DNA of 64,000 nucleotides. Origin: the human T2T-CHM13v2.0 reference genome, Homo sapiens. Positions 39,492 to 53,499 of the stretch are shown here, piece after piece. Position numbers and translations under genes: made by a program. Each line of letters opens with the position of its first letter. Within the stretch, counting starts at the first letter, position 1. Location of the stretch: the NCBI RefSeq assembly GCF_009914755.1, contig NC_060942.1; one strand, written 5' to 3'. A model generated the notes under the pieces. That model was not told where the DNA came from. It saw only the letters and a program-made list of their open reading frames with translations, and ran no database searches.

Positions 39492-42307
39492 TGATATAGT
39501 TTAGATATTTGTCCCCACCCAAATTTCATGTTGAGTTTTAATCCCCAGTGTTGGAGATGGGGCCTGGTGGGAGGTGTTTTGGTCATGAGGTTGAGTCCCC
39601 CATGGCTTGGTGCTGTCCTTGCAATAGTAAAAAAGTTCATGTGAGATCTGGTTGTTTAAGTTTGTGGCATCTCCCTCTTAACTCTCTCTTTCCCCTGTTC
39701 CTACAATGTGACATGCCTGCCCCCGCTTCACCTTCCACCATGAGTATAAGCTCCATGAGTCCCTCCCGGAAGCTGAGTAGATGCCGGTGTCATGCTTATT
39801 CAGTTTGCAGAACTGTAAGCCAACTAAGCCTTTTTTCTAAATAAAAATTACTCAGTCTCCGATATTTCTTTATAGAAGTGAAAGAATACAGGAAATTGGT
39901 ACCAAGGAGTGGAGCATTGCTGTAAAGATACCTGACAATGTGGAAGCAGCTTTGGAACTGGGTCATAGGCAGAGGTTGGTAGAGGTTGAGGAACTCAGAA
40001 GGAAACAGAAAGATGATGGAATGTTTGCAACTTCTTAGAGACTCGTTAAATGGTGGTGACCTAAATGTTGATAGTGGTAATAACAATAAAATCCAGGCTG
40101 ATGAATTCTCAGATGGAAATGAGGAACTTATTGGGGACTGGAGCAAAGTCACATGTGTTGTGCCTTAGCAAAGAGCTTGGCTGCATTGTGTCCATGCCCC
40201 AGAGATATGTAGAAGTTTGAACTTCAGAATAAATGACTTAACGTATTTGGCAGAAAATATTTATAAGCAGCAAAGCATTCAAGATATGCCCTGGCTGTTT
40301 CTAACATCCTAAACTCAGGTGCAGGAACAAAGTAAATGACTTAAAATTTGAACTTATATTTAAAGGGGAGGCAGAGCATAGAAGTTTGAAAATCTGCAAG
40401 CTGACCATATGGCAGAGAAAGAAAAAGCATTATCAGAAGAATCCAAGCAGGCTGTGGAGCAACCACTTGGCTTGAAAGATTTACATAATGAAAAGGGACC
40501 CAAGTGCTAATAGCCAAGATCATGGGGAAAAGGCCTTCAAGGTATTTAAGAAACCTTCTAGGCATCTTCTCTCATCACAGACCCAGAAGCACAGGGGTAC
40601 TGAATGGTTTCAGGGGCCCAGGGCACCACTGTCCTGTGTCACCTCACAGTAATGTTATTTTACTGTGAGGCCGCACCTCATCTCCAGGCCATTCCAGCTC
40701 CAGACTCAACTCTGAGGACCCCAAATACAGCTTGGGCTGCCACTTCAGAGGGTACAAGCCATAAGCCTTGATGGCTTTGACATGGTGGTTAGCCTGCAGA
40801 TGAGGAGAGTGTATGAGTGAAGCCTGTGGGTGAGCAGTGTATAGGAGTAAAGGAAGCTTGACAGCCCCCACCTAGATATCAGTGGATGTATGGGAAAGTC
40901 TGGGTACCCAAGCAGAAGCCTGCTGCAGGGGTGGAGCCCTCACAGAAAACTTGCATTAGGGCAGCATGGGGAGCAAATGTGGGAATGTGGGATTGGAGCC
41001 CTGACACTGAATCCCCACTGGGACACTCCCTAGTGAAGTTTTGGGGACAGGGACACTGTCCTCCGGACCCCAGAATGGTAGATCCACTGGCAGCCTGCAC
41101 CCTGCACCAGGAAGAGCCTAAGGCATTCAGCTCCAACCTGTGAGAGCAGCTCCAACCTGTGTAGCTGGCAAAGACACAGAGGCAAGGCTTCCCAAGGCTT
41201 TGGAAGCCAATCTCTTCAACTAGTGTGTCCTGGATGTGGGACATGGGGTAATATAAGAATATTTTGGAGCTTTGAGGTTTAATGATGCCCCATTGGGTTT
41301 TGAACTTGCATGAGACTGATAGCCCCTTTCTTTTGCTAATTTCTCACTTTTCAAATGGGAATGTTTACCCAAGGTCTACGCTCCCATTGTATATTGGAAA
41401 TTAATAACTTGGCTTTTTTTTTTCTTTTTTTGTAGGCTCATAGGTGGAAGGGACTTGCCTTGGCTCACATGAGACATTTGAGTTAATGCTGGAATGAGTT
41501 GAGACTTTGCGGGACTGTTTGAAAAGGCACGATTGTATTTTGAAATGTGACAAGGATATGAGATGTGGGGGACAAGGGTTTGGATATTTGTCCCCACACA
41601 AATCTCATGTTGAAATATAATCCCCAGTGTTGGAAGCGGGGCCTGATGGGGGGTGTTTTGGTCATGAAAACAGATCCCTGATGGCTTGGTGTTGTCCTTG
41701 CAATAGAAAGTTCATGCAAGTTCTGTTTGTTTAAGTGTGTGGCACCCCCCTACCCTCTCTCTTGCTCCTGCTCCCGCAATGTGAGATGTCTGCTCCTGCT
41801 TCATACTCCACAATAAGTACAAGCTCCCTGAGGCTTCCCCAGAAGCCAAGCGGATGTTGTGCTATACTTGTACAGCCTACCGAACCAGGAACAAATTAAA
41901 CTCTTTTCTTTCTTTTTTTGGGGGGGGATGGAGGGCACGTGTGGGTTGAGGCAGAATCTCACTCTGTCGCCCAGGCCGGAGCGCAATGGCATGATCTCGG
42001 CTCACTTCAACCTTTACCTCCTGGTTCAAGTGATTCTCTTGCCTCAGCCTCCCGAGTAGCTGGGACTACAGACGCACACCACCACACTCGGCTTATTTTT
42101 GTATTTTTTTAGTAGAGACATGGTTGTGTCATGTTGGCCAGGCTGATCTTGAACTCTTGACTTCTGCTGTTCCGCCCGTCTCGGCCTCCCAAAGTGCTGC
42201 GATTACAGGTGTTACAGGTGTGAGCCACTGCACCCAGCCAACTCTTTTCTTTATAAATTACCCAGTCTGAGGTATTCCTTATGGCAATGCAAGAATGGCC
42301 TAATACA
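39492..42307 (+). mobile_element. Two-LTR MSTB MaLR provirus (5' LTR 39492-39890, internal 39891-~41576, 3' LTR ~41577-42307)
   Basis: Both LTRs start with (G)TTT(A/G)GATATTTGTCCCC and end AATACA; internal starts GGAAATTGGTACC...GGAAGCAGCTTTGGAACTGGG; TSD GAGAG/GAGGG. Confidence 0.92.
41912..42239 (-). mobile_element. AluS inserted in MSTB 3' LTR, TSD AACTCTTTTCTTT
   Basis: Reverse Alu ending CACCCAGCC; TSD at 41899-41911 and 42240-42252. Confidence 0.93.
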
Positions 42308-42309
42308 GA

Positions 42310-42660
42310 GGGGCAGGAAGAGTGGTAATGAGGTGGGGAAGTGACACAGGGAAGATGCATTAAATGGAGTGTTATGAAGCCAAGCACCACTGGGGATATC
42401 TGGAACTTAATGTTGTGAGGAAATTCTGAGACTCGTCTAAAACAGATGTCTCTGAATGATTTAATTCAAGGAGCAGGAAGCCTAGGGTATTTATACATCA
42501 GCTTCCTAGAGTTACCATTTGAGGACAGCTCCCAGGGTATGTTAGCTTCCTGGCATTTCTGCCTGTGGTACTCATGGGGGAAAAAAAAGCAGCTTTCATG
42601 ACAGTCACAGAAACACAGAGAAAAACAGCTGAAAGTCTAGGAGACACTTTGCTACCTCCA
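42310..42660 (-). mobile_element. Old ERVL LTR remnant (LTR33/LTR50-like)
   Basis: GGAAGCCTAGGGTATTTATACATCAGCTTCC...CATTTGAGGACAGCTCCCAGGG...TTCCTGGCATTTCTG. Confidence 0.45.
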
Positions 42661-44516
42661 AGGGAAATGCCGAGGCCCTGATCACTTCTGTAATCATTCA
42701 CAGACACATTTATGTATATGTCAAAAGCCAAGTGTCTGTGTTCGAACATTCATTTATATGTAAATGATAAATATATTTACATCTGTATATTGACAAAGCA
42801 TGACAACAAATATCTCATGTAAGTGATTTTTTGGGGCAATAGAACAAATTTGTTTCTGATAAAATATGGTATAGAATGTTATGCATTATTAAAATGTTAA
42901 CATAAAAAAGTACTGGGATTGACTTTGAAAAAAATGACAGCTAAAGTGAACACAGTTTCCTTTTGTCTCAAAGGAAATGATGCTCTGTGGAATTTCAGTA
43001 CACAACTATTCAATTTTAGAAATTTTATCACAAAAGGCAAAATCTTTTTGGAGAATATGTGCACATTTCATCTGTGACTTCTGAATATTACTAATGAGCA
43101 ACAAATGGTGTTTTTAAAGTTGTTCTTTGAAGGAGAAAGGAGTCAAATGTATGATTTTACAAAATTGCAATTTATTATTCTAAGTTTTATGGAAAACTAG
43201 CAGTGGTATAATTCATGAAAGAAAGGAAGAAAAAAATTCCTATATTCTCTACAAGCTGTTTTTCTATTTTTTTAAGAGAAAATAGAGAAATATTAATCTT
43301 TTCGTTATAGAGTTGTAAAAGGTATTCCTTAGGAGGAATAATTCATACAAAGAAAATGCATCGTTTACTCTCTGACTCATATACATTTTCCAAAAGTACA
43401 TTTTTTCCTCAAAATAAGAATCAGTGTCTTGTCAAATCATTTGATTCCCTACCTTCTCAAGATATATACTTATATATGTTTATAAATAAATCTCTTCCAG
43501 TATGCACAATTTTAGAAATTATATTTAGAAATTCTAACATTGATAACTTTTGATAGCAATTACTCGATTGAACATTGACCAGTATTGAGAATACTGTTAT
43601 ATTTTAAAGCTCTATAAGGAAGTGAAAATGTGTACATATTCCCCTAAAAATAGAAATTCATATAAGTTGTGACTTTTAAAATAAAATGCAATGTATAAAT
43701 TGAAACTCTTCTATTTAAATGCAGAAATCAATTTTGAATAAAAATATGAAATGAATAAATGGATATACAAGAAAATTATGTGTTTTTGTTAGGTTAATAT
43801 GATCACATAGCATTGTTTTGCCTTTATTACCTAATTTCTCTGATATAACATTATAGTACTTTTATAATGTAAACATATTAAAGCGAACATTAAGGATGTG
43901 AGATATACAATGCATATCGTTAAAGTAAGTGTTGAACCTAATGACAAAATTTTATGAAACAGGGCACATCATTTCTTGATGTTGTTTCATTTTAATTTGG
44001 CTCAAAAGTTTCTGTTTCTGATGTGTAAGTACTTATTTTCCTTAAATTTTCTAAGAAATTACAAAATGATAGGCATTACTGTCAGTCCATCTGGTTTCTA
44101 CTTCTAAAATGTCACCATGGGAAGAATGGGGAGAAGGAAGGAAGCACGAAGGTGGGGTGGGGTGGGGTGGCGAGGAGGGTGCTGGGGAGCAGGGACAGGC
44201 CGTATCGATAGGGAAAGAGACTGAAACACTGGAATACAAGCTGAGGAGGAAGTGGGGCATTGCAGCTGAAGAGAACAAGTTTATCATTTTCATGGGTAGC
44301 CATTCTTGGCTATGTGTTGACTATTCTGGTCTTATTTCTCCCAACTCAGCCACCTCCATTCCTTCCTGATCTGCATTCCAAAGCAGGTGAGTAAATCTAG
44401 CTCCTAGGGCTACCAAGTGATCATTCACTCATAGTTTCACATAAATGGCTCCAACTCTGAAAAGTCTTTTCATTACTCTCACCATTTTCCTTCCACCAAG
44501 TTAGTTAGTAGTTACC

Positions 44517-44784
44517 TTTTTTTTTTTTTTTTTTTTTTGAGACTGAATCACGATCTTTGCTCACTGCAACCTCTACCTCCTGTTTCAAGCGATTATCCTG
44601 CTTCAGCCTCCCCAGGAGCCTGGACTACAGGCAGGTGCCACCACGCCTGGCTAGTTTTTGTATTTTTAGAAGAGATGGGGTTTCACCATGTTGGCCAGGC
44701 TTTTCTCACACCCCTGACCTCAGGTGATCCACCTGCCTCGGGGTTCCCAAAGTGCTGGGATTACAGGTGTGAGCCACTGCGCCC
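44517..44784 (-). mobile_element. AluS with a short internal deletion near its 3' end, inside an L2 remnant
   Basis: Poly-T, GAGACTGAATCAC|GATCTTTGCTCACTGCAACC...GAGCCACTGCGCCCG. Confidence 0.92.
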
Positions 44785-45060
44785 GTTACCCAGTTACCCA
44801 GTTAACTTCTAATTGCCCTAATCATCCCCCAAGTATAAGTATAAAACTCATTTTTCTCAGTGAAGCCTTTTCTTACTCTCAATAATTGCCCTTGGAGCAC
44901 CTTGACATTTTTCCTCATTTGCCATATATCTCATGTCATCATCATTTCTTGTTTTAATTGTCTGCCATCCCGCATAGTAAGTATGCACTATAGGATTAAG
45001 CTCAGTAAATGTGCCTAGTATTCAACACTTAGCTTAGGCTTTGCACATCATAAATGAGCT

Positions 45061-45116
45061 GAGAGAGAGAGAGAGGGAGAGAGAGGGAGAGGGAGAGAGA
45101 GAGAGAGAGAGAGAGA
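45061..45116. repeat. (GA)n microsatellite
   Basis: Direct reading. Confidence 0.93.
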
Positions 45117-46289
45117 ACTAAATCCTTTAGAACAAGGGCTTGAGAAAACACAAAATGGTGTTATAGGTTGCATAATGCATTACAATTTTCAAAGGATTCT
45201 CTCATACGTATTGTTTTAGGCAAGACGCTTGGGTAAATTTTTATTTCTCGTCATGTATTTTTGCTTTAGTCACGGTGCTGACTTTATTCTCTCCTATCAT
45301 TGTATCAATGAACATGTAACCAACGCTTTGAAGTGGCTCCTCTGATCCCTGTCAATGAGTTATAAAGTGGGATCTTAGTCCCACCACAGAAGGCGTGGGT
45401 ATGCTTCCTGATTGGTTTTCTTAGTGTGAGCATACCTGCTCCTGGATCATCTGGCATAGCTAGAAGGCTAAGTATTATTTTTGGCCTACCTTGGCCACAT
45501 ACTGTCCTGTGGGATTGGTGGAATGTGATTTTATTTTTATTTAAGAGGTAGAGGAGAGGTGATGGGAAAATATAAATGATAGACACCACTTAAATTGCCT
45601 CAATTTGTTATATTGTCAGTATTGGAATATTACTTTTATTTAAGTGAGGAAGCTGAAGATCATAGTGATTAACCATAAGCTTTAAGCACGTACTATGGAT
45701 CTGGGAAACTGGGAGATTATCACACACTGATGTCAAAACTGGAGGTTTTGTGTCTGAACCTCACATTTGTCTTCATATGTGCTGTGCGTCTAAACAGATA
45801 TATTACCTACTGCTTAACTAGAGCCTGTTGGTAATTCATCTTATCCCCAGGACACCTCTTCCAGCTCTGGAGAGCAGGAATTTTAGAGCACATGCACTGA
45901 TGTGAGAAACACAGTAGGGGATTAAATCCAAAACAAAGTTTGTTTTGTTTTGCTTTTCTTCGTTTTTTGACAGTTATTCCAAATAATTGTTATATAATGC
46001 TAACATTGGAGAGATAATAATAGAAACATTATGCAAAGAAAGCATCAATGGTCATTAAGTTACAAAAAGTGTTAGGAATGAAGTCTATAAAAAATAGTAT
46101 GAGAGTTTTCTTGCTATTCATTTGCACTGAGTTAGTAGGCCAATAGCTAAATGTTTCACAGTCACCCTTGTATAAATCTAGTGCACTCTATTCAGGAAAA
46201 AAAAAAGAAAAAAAAAAGATAAGAGCGCGGTAGCTCGTTCAAGATATTTTCAGATTGCTTTTCCGTATTATAAACGTTTAAGTCGTGAA

Positions 46290-46450
46290 GTATCGTACAG
46301 AACATGTCTAGGTTTGTAATGTTACAGATGAGGAAATGGAGATGCTTAAAACTCAAGTGAATATTCAAAGATTAAGTAGTTATTATCACTCAGAATCAAA
46401 ATGAATAACGGAGTCTTCTAAATTCTTTAGCCAGTGCTTTTTCATTAGGC
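46290..46450 (-). mobile_element. MIR fragment
   Basis: TTACAGATGAGGAAATGGAGATGCTTA...GGAGTCTTCTAAATTC...CCAGTGCTTTTTC core. Confidence 0.65.
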
Positions 46451-46887
46451 CATAATTACCAGATGCTATGTTACCAGAGTAATAATTCACTTGATATAGG
46501 AATTGAGTTATATTTCAAAGTATATACTATGACAGAGGACACATTTATCTTGTGACTATAAAACACTATTTCTCTATATTTAAAAATGGGGGCTATCTTA
46601 GGGGCATGTATAATGTATCAGAGATCAAGAATATATTAAAATTAAACCAATAAGAAAGTACTAGTGATAATGTTAGTCTCTACATTTTCATATAGAAGCG
46701 AGTATCTTATAAGCAGTGGCAAAAAACAATTAACAGAAATGATGAGAAAAAAACTCATTTCATGTTTTCAGGGAATATATGTTTGATGTAAATTAAATTA
46801 ATAAAGAAGTTGAACCATTCTATTTTATACCAAATTTCATATTTCAGGAGATGGTGTCCTATTGAGAGAAAAAAAAAGGTTTATAAC

Positions 46888-47148
46888 TCTATTAGTTACT
46901 TCTGGCTGTTATAATAAATTATCATAAATTTAGTGGTTTAAAACAACATAGATTTATTATTTTACAGTTCTAGAGGTTAGAAGTTTGGTGTGGGTAACCC
47001 TAAGCTTACCCCAATGTGTCTGCAGTCTGCATTCACTCTGAAGGCTCCAATTCTTTTCCAGGTTCTAGAGACCTCCTGCGTTCCCAGGCTTTTGGTTCCT
47101 TGCTCCATCTTCAAGCCAACTACATAAAAAACCTTCAAATCTCTCTTC

Positions 47149-47180
<32 letters not shown>

Positions 47181-47388
47181 GACCATGGCTCCTGATTTCA
47201 TCATCACTGTTCCTTCCTTCTTAAAACACTCTTGTGGATACATTAGGCCCACCATAGATTCAAGATAATCTCCCAATCTGAAATCATTAATTACATACTT
47301 AAACGTTATTTTTTCATATAAAGCAACATATTCCAGAGATTTAGGACATGGACACTTTTGGGAGAAGGGTATAATTCAGCCTGCCGTA
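46888..47388 (-). mobile_element. MLT1C/D-like MaLR solo LTR containing a (CT)n run
   Basis: TCTATTAGTTACTTCTGGCTGTTATAATAAATTATC...ATTAGGCCCACC...GGACATGGACACTTTTGGG...ATTCAGCCTGCC. Confidence 0.85.
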
Positions 47389-49624
47389 ATCTCCTATTGG
47401 ATGGATATGACGACTTTTTGAAGAGAAAAACCATCTGACTTATAGTGCTTTGGTACGTTTAGTGTTTGATGTTGGGATGCCAATTCAGTTCTTCATTGCC
47501 AGTCTTACCAAAATTTCTTACACCAAAGTCCTAGTTTATTCATACATATATAATAAATAAATAAATATTTCCTTAAATATAGCAGTTGGTTTTTTTAAGA
47601 AAAATGTGTAAAATTGACAAATCCTGAAGTAGACTAACAGAAAAAGGAGACTCAAATGACAAAATTTGAGAAATGAAAGAAGAGACGTTATAACTAACGC
47701 CTCAGAAATGTAAAGGATCAAGAGGGATTTTTATCAACAATTGTATAGTAAAAAAAAAATGAATAACCTGAGAGAATGTATAAATTTCTAGAGATATAGA
47801 ACTTATCAAAACCAAATTGACAAGAAATAGCCTGAACAAACAAATAAAAATCAGGAGATTGAGCCAGTAATCCATAACCTCCCAACATAGAAAATCCCAG
47901 GACCAGTTGGCTCTACAGGCAAATTCTATCAAAACTCAAAAGCAAATGAATACCAATCTTTCTTTAACCCTTTCAGAAAAATAAAAAAAGGAAATAGTTC
48001 TAAACTCAATTTTATGAGGCTAGCACCACCTTAATACCAAAGCTAGGCAAAACACCACAAGAAAAAAGTATAGATATAGATGCAAACATTGTTAATAAAA
48101 TACTAGCAAATACCACATCAAAAATATTACACACAATGACCCAGTGGAATTTATTCCTAGGATGCAAGGTTGGTTCAACATAAACAATTCAGTCAATGTG
48201 ATTTACTGCCTCAACAGAAAAAAAATGGGAAATCCACACGATCATCTCAATAGAATCAGAAAATACATTTGACAAAGTTTAACACCCATTCATGATAAAA
48301 ACTCTTAGCCACTTAGGTACAGAAGGAACTTACCTAAACACAAAAAGACCACATATGAAAAACATGCAGCTACCATCCCAATCAAAGTGGAAAAACTGAA
48401 AGCTTTTTCTCTAATATCCAGGAAAGGGCAAGGATGCCCACTCTCGCCACTTTATTCAGCATAGTACTGGCAGTCCTAGCCAGAGCAATCACACAAGAAA
48501 AAGAAAAAAAAAGATTCAAACAGGAAAAGAAAGTAAAATTATCTCTGTTTGCAGATTACCTGATCCTTTATGTAGAAAACCATAAAAACTCTCTTAAGAA
48601 AGAAACTGTTAGAGCTAATAAATGATCTAAGTAAAGATGTAGGATACAAAGTCAATGTTTGTATGGTTTTTTAATACAAACAAAAAAAAATTCAAAAATG
48701 AAACCAAGAAATCAATCTCATTTACAAGAGCATCAAAAAGAATAAATACTTAGATTGAAATTTAATGAAGGAAGTGAAAGATTGTCCACCAGAAACTATA
48801 AAACATTGACGGAAAACATTAAAGATGACACAAATAAATTTTTAAAATCCCACATTCATGGATTATAAAAATTAATGTATTAAAACATCCATACTACCCA
48901 AAGTTTTTTACAGATCCAATATTATGTCTTTCAAAATTCCAATGGCATTTTTCATAGAAATAGAAAAAAGAATCTTAAAATTTTTATTGAACCCTAAATG
49001 ACACCGAATAGCCAAAATAATCTTGAGCAAGTAGAACTAAATTGAATATGTAATACTTCCTTATTTCAAATTACATTACAAAGACATAGTAATAAAAACA
49101 GTATGACACTGACATAATCACAGGCACATAGACAAATGAAATAGAAAAGAATACTAGAAATAAATTCACACGTATACAGTCAACTAAATTTTGACAAAGG
49201 TACCAACAATATCCAATGGAGAAGGGGTAGTTTGTCCAATAAGTGACCATGAGAAACTCAATATTCACATAAAAGAATAAAATTGGACCCTTAAGCAATA
49301 CACAAAAAAACTCAAAATGTATTAAAGATTGAACATAAGATCTGACACTCCTAGAAGATAGATGAAAATCTCCTTGACATTCAGCTTGGCAATAATCTTT
49401 TGGTTATAACACCAAACACACAGGCAAAAAGGCAAAAATAAGTAGGACTACGTCAGACTAAAAAGCTTCTGCACAGCAAAGGGAACAATCAACAAAATAA
49501 AAAGGCAATCTAAACATGGAGAAAACATACTTGCAAATCATGCATCTAATAAGAAATTGATCTCCAAATATATAAGACAACTCAATAGTATAAATAAATA
49601 ATCTAATTAAAAACTGGTCAAAAG

Positions 49625-49914
49625 GGCCAGGCACCCTGGCTCATGCCTGTAATCCCAGCACTTTGGGAGGCCAAGACGAGCGGATCACGATGTCAAGAGA
49701 TCGAGACCATCCTGGCCAACACAGTGAAACCTCATCCCTACTAAAAATACAAAAATTAGCTGGGCGTGGTGGCGTGTGCCTATAGTCCTGGCTACTCAGG
49801 AAGCTGAGGCAGGAGAATCGCTTGAACCCAGGAGGCGTAAGTTGCAGTGAGCTGAGATCACGCCACTGTACTCCAACTTGGCGACAGAGTGAGACATTGT
49901 CTCAAAAAAAAAAA
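49625..49914 (+). mobile_element. AluSc
   Basis: GGATCACGATGTCAAGAGATCGAGACCATCCTGGCCAAC (Sc diagnostics), poly-A end. Confidence 0.92.
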
Positions 49915-50548
49915 TCGGTTAAGAAACTTGAATAGATATTTCTTAAAGGGAGACTTACAAATAACCGACAGGTATATGAAAGCATCCTGAACATCACTAT
50001 CTTCAGAGAAATTCAAATCAAAACCACAATCACATACCATCTCACACCTGTTAGAATGGCTATTATGAAAAAGATAAGAGTTAACAAGTGTTGGCAAGAT
50101 GTGGAGCAAAGGAGACCCTTGTACATTGTTGATGGAAATGTAAATTGGTACAGCCATTATGGAAAAATGTAATGAGGTTACTGAAAAAATTAAAAATAGA
50201 ACTACGATATGATCCAACAATTCCACTTCTAGGTGTATATCCCAAGAAATGAAATCAGTGTCTCCAATAGATATATGTACTTCTATGTTCATTAAAGCAT
50301 TATTTATAGTAGCCTGTGTTATTTAATGTATAAATGGATTAAAAAGTGATAGATAACTTATATGATATTACACATATGGCACTATATGCATATACATGGT
50401 GGAATACTACTAAGCCTTAAAATATAAGGAAATCCTGACATTTTTGACAATGTGGATGAACCTTAAGGATGATATGTTAAGTGAAATAAGCCAGACACAA
50501 AGGAAAATACTGCATGATCTCACTTACACTTGGAATCTAAAAACTCCA

Positions 50549-50870
<322 letters not shown>

Positions 50871-52940
50871 AACTAAATCTGCAAATTCATAGAAGCAGAG
50901 AATCAAATTATAGTTACCAGGTGCCACGATTTGGGGGAAATAAAAAGATGTTTATAAAAGGAGACAAAACTTTGTCTATGTAAATTCTAGTGATCCAATG
51001 TACAGCAGGGTAACTATAGTTAATAATGCTGTTTTGTATGCCTAAAATTAGCTATGTGAGTAGACCTGAAGTATTCTCACTGCACCAAAGAAATAAATGA
51101 TAACTATATAAGGTAATGGATAGGCTAATTAGTTTTACTATATTAATCATTTAACCATATATGTGTATCAAAACATCACATTGTATACCTCAAATATATA
51201 TGCTTTTTATTTCATTCTTTTTTAAAAAGAAACCATCAGATTAAGAATATAGTAATCAAATCATCAGAAGACAGTTACTTGGAATCTTATGAAACAGAAT
51301 TTGGTTTCAAATGGAAATTGTAATTTATTCATTCCTTTCAGGAACTCCATGAATGGGATTTTCCCTTATTTATTCTCTTTTATTAAGCTTTTAATTTTAT
51401 CAACAGATCCTAAGCAAGATCTCTTTTTCTATGTATATTAGAAATGAATATAGAATATATATATCTCCTTCTTAGGCATACTGAATTATCACTGGCTGTC
51501 TTTCTTTAAATGGAATTAATTAAAATACTGTATACTAATATTTATGAAGTTACTGGGCCAAATGTGATAATCCAACATGTAAGATAGGCATTTTGTAATT
51601 ACAGATATATTATTGTTTTTCCATGGAATGTGGCAACAATTTAATGAAATAGATGTATATTTTGTACTTAATCCTTACTTCAGTGCAGAAATCCTTTAGA
51701 TAACAAAGACTTTAAGACATTTACATGATTTTATATACACTAGAGAGACATATGATTGCATGAAAAAAACAAGGTAAATTCCTTTATAGTGCATCCATCA
51801 TTTTCTACATAATCTTACTGCAGACCAAGCAATAACTTTATTGTCTGTGCATAATTTGTGCATGGAAATAGTGCACAATTTTCATGCTTTATGGAGGATC
51901 TTACTGAATGACTTGAAGGACAGTAAAAGGAGACACAATTTTCTCCCTCCTAATTAATTTTAAAGTAAAGTATTCATCAAAATATGATACACTGGAAAAG
52001 AGAAGTATATGCACTGTCTTTTGAATTCTGATACATTTCAAGTGTAATGACCTTACAATGGAACATTAAAATTTGTCTTATATATCATGAAAATGTTGAA
52101 AGGTTGTTTTTTATCACACAATTTTTAGGATGTTATTTTAGCATGCTAAATTTTCTTATATTTAAATTCTTCTCTTTTATACAATGGGCAGATAAATGTC
52201 ACATCTGTTTATAACATTTTGATAGTGATGTTCAAAGTACATTCATCCTCAGTTATGGTAATTTAAATAACTCTTTTATCTATCAAACCATTACATGAAG
52301 TTAGGGTTTATAAAAATGTTGGACTCACTGCAAATTTAACAGAAAATATGCAGGAATGTGTGAATCTAACACTGCGTCCTGAGGCAAGTGGCAATTTAAT
52401 ATACAATATTTGTTGCTTGAGTATGATATTCAGGAAATTCAAAACACAACAACATGTAAAGATTTTTTTCTTTTAGTGACCAATAAATTAATTTAAATAA
52501 GACATTGTTTTAAAAAAAGTTACCATTTTATGAGTATAGAAAGCGTCCAATTTCATCCATCAAATGGAAATTTCACATGCACTCATATACACACAAATGC
52601 ACACCCTAGATACTCAAAAACTCTAGGAGCTCTAGTTAATTAAGGAATATTAGAAATCTGGAGAAGTCCAGTGTCTGTACATTTTGAAGATTAAAAGTAA
52701 ATGAATTTTTCATTTAGATGAAAGCAAATGGGAACACACTATAATCATAAAACTCAAATCTCATTCTTGTCGATGACAATATTGTGGCAAACTCAACTCA
52801 CTGGTCTCTGTCTAGTCATCAAATAATGACAGCTACATTCATTAAGAATATATCTATATTGATGAGAAATAAAATAAATGTTCATTCTATGGTAATATCT
52901 AATGAGGAAATTGATTTGAGTATATTTAATATTACAGAAT

Positions 52941-53327
52941 TGTATTAGTCCCTTCTTGCATTGATAGAAGGAACTACCTGAGACTGTGTGATTTATTTTT
53001 AAAAAAGAGATTTAATTGGCTCATGGTTTGGCAGGCTGTACAGGTAGGTTGGCTGGGGAGGCCTCAGGGAACTTACAATCACGGTGGAAGGTGAAGGGGA
53101 AGCAAGCATGTTTTCACATTGTGGAGCAGGAGAGAGAGAGCAAAGGGAGAAGTGCTACAAACTTTGAAACAATGGGGTCTCCTGAGAACTAACTCACTAT
53201 CAGGAGAACAACAAGGGGGAAGTCAACCCCTATGATCCAGTCACCTCCTGCCAGTCCCCTCCTCAAACACTGAAGGCTACAATTCAACACGAGATTTGGG
53301 TGGGGGACATAGAACCAAACCATATCA
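52941..53327 (-). mobile_element. MSTA-like MaLR solo LTR
   Basis: TGTATTAGTCC...GGCAGGCTGTACAGG...GGAGGCCTCAGGGAACTTACAATC...CCAAACCATATCA. Confidence 0.9.
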
Positions 53328-53499
53328 GGGATTATTGGCAAGGTTAAATGTAATGATACCTCACAGGCACTTGAAAATATGGGACAAGAGTTTAGAAATA
53401 AGGTCAAGAGTCTGGATTAAATTTTAGAGATATGCTCATAGAGGCAATTCAACATATTACGTAATTAAATGTTTTTACCAAGGTGGTGAGTGTATATAG

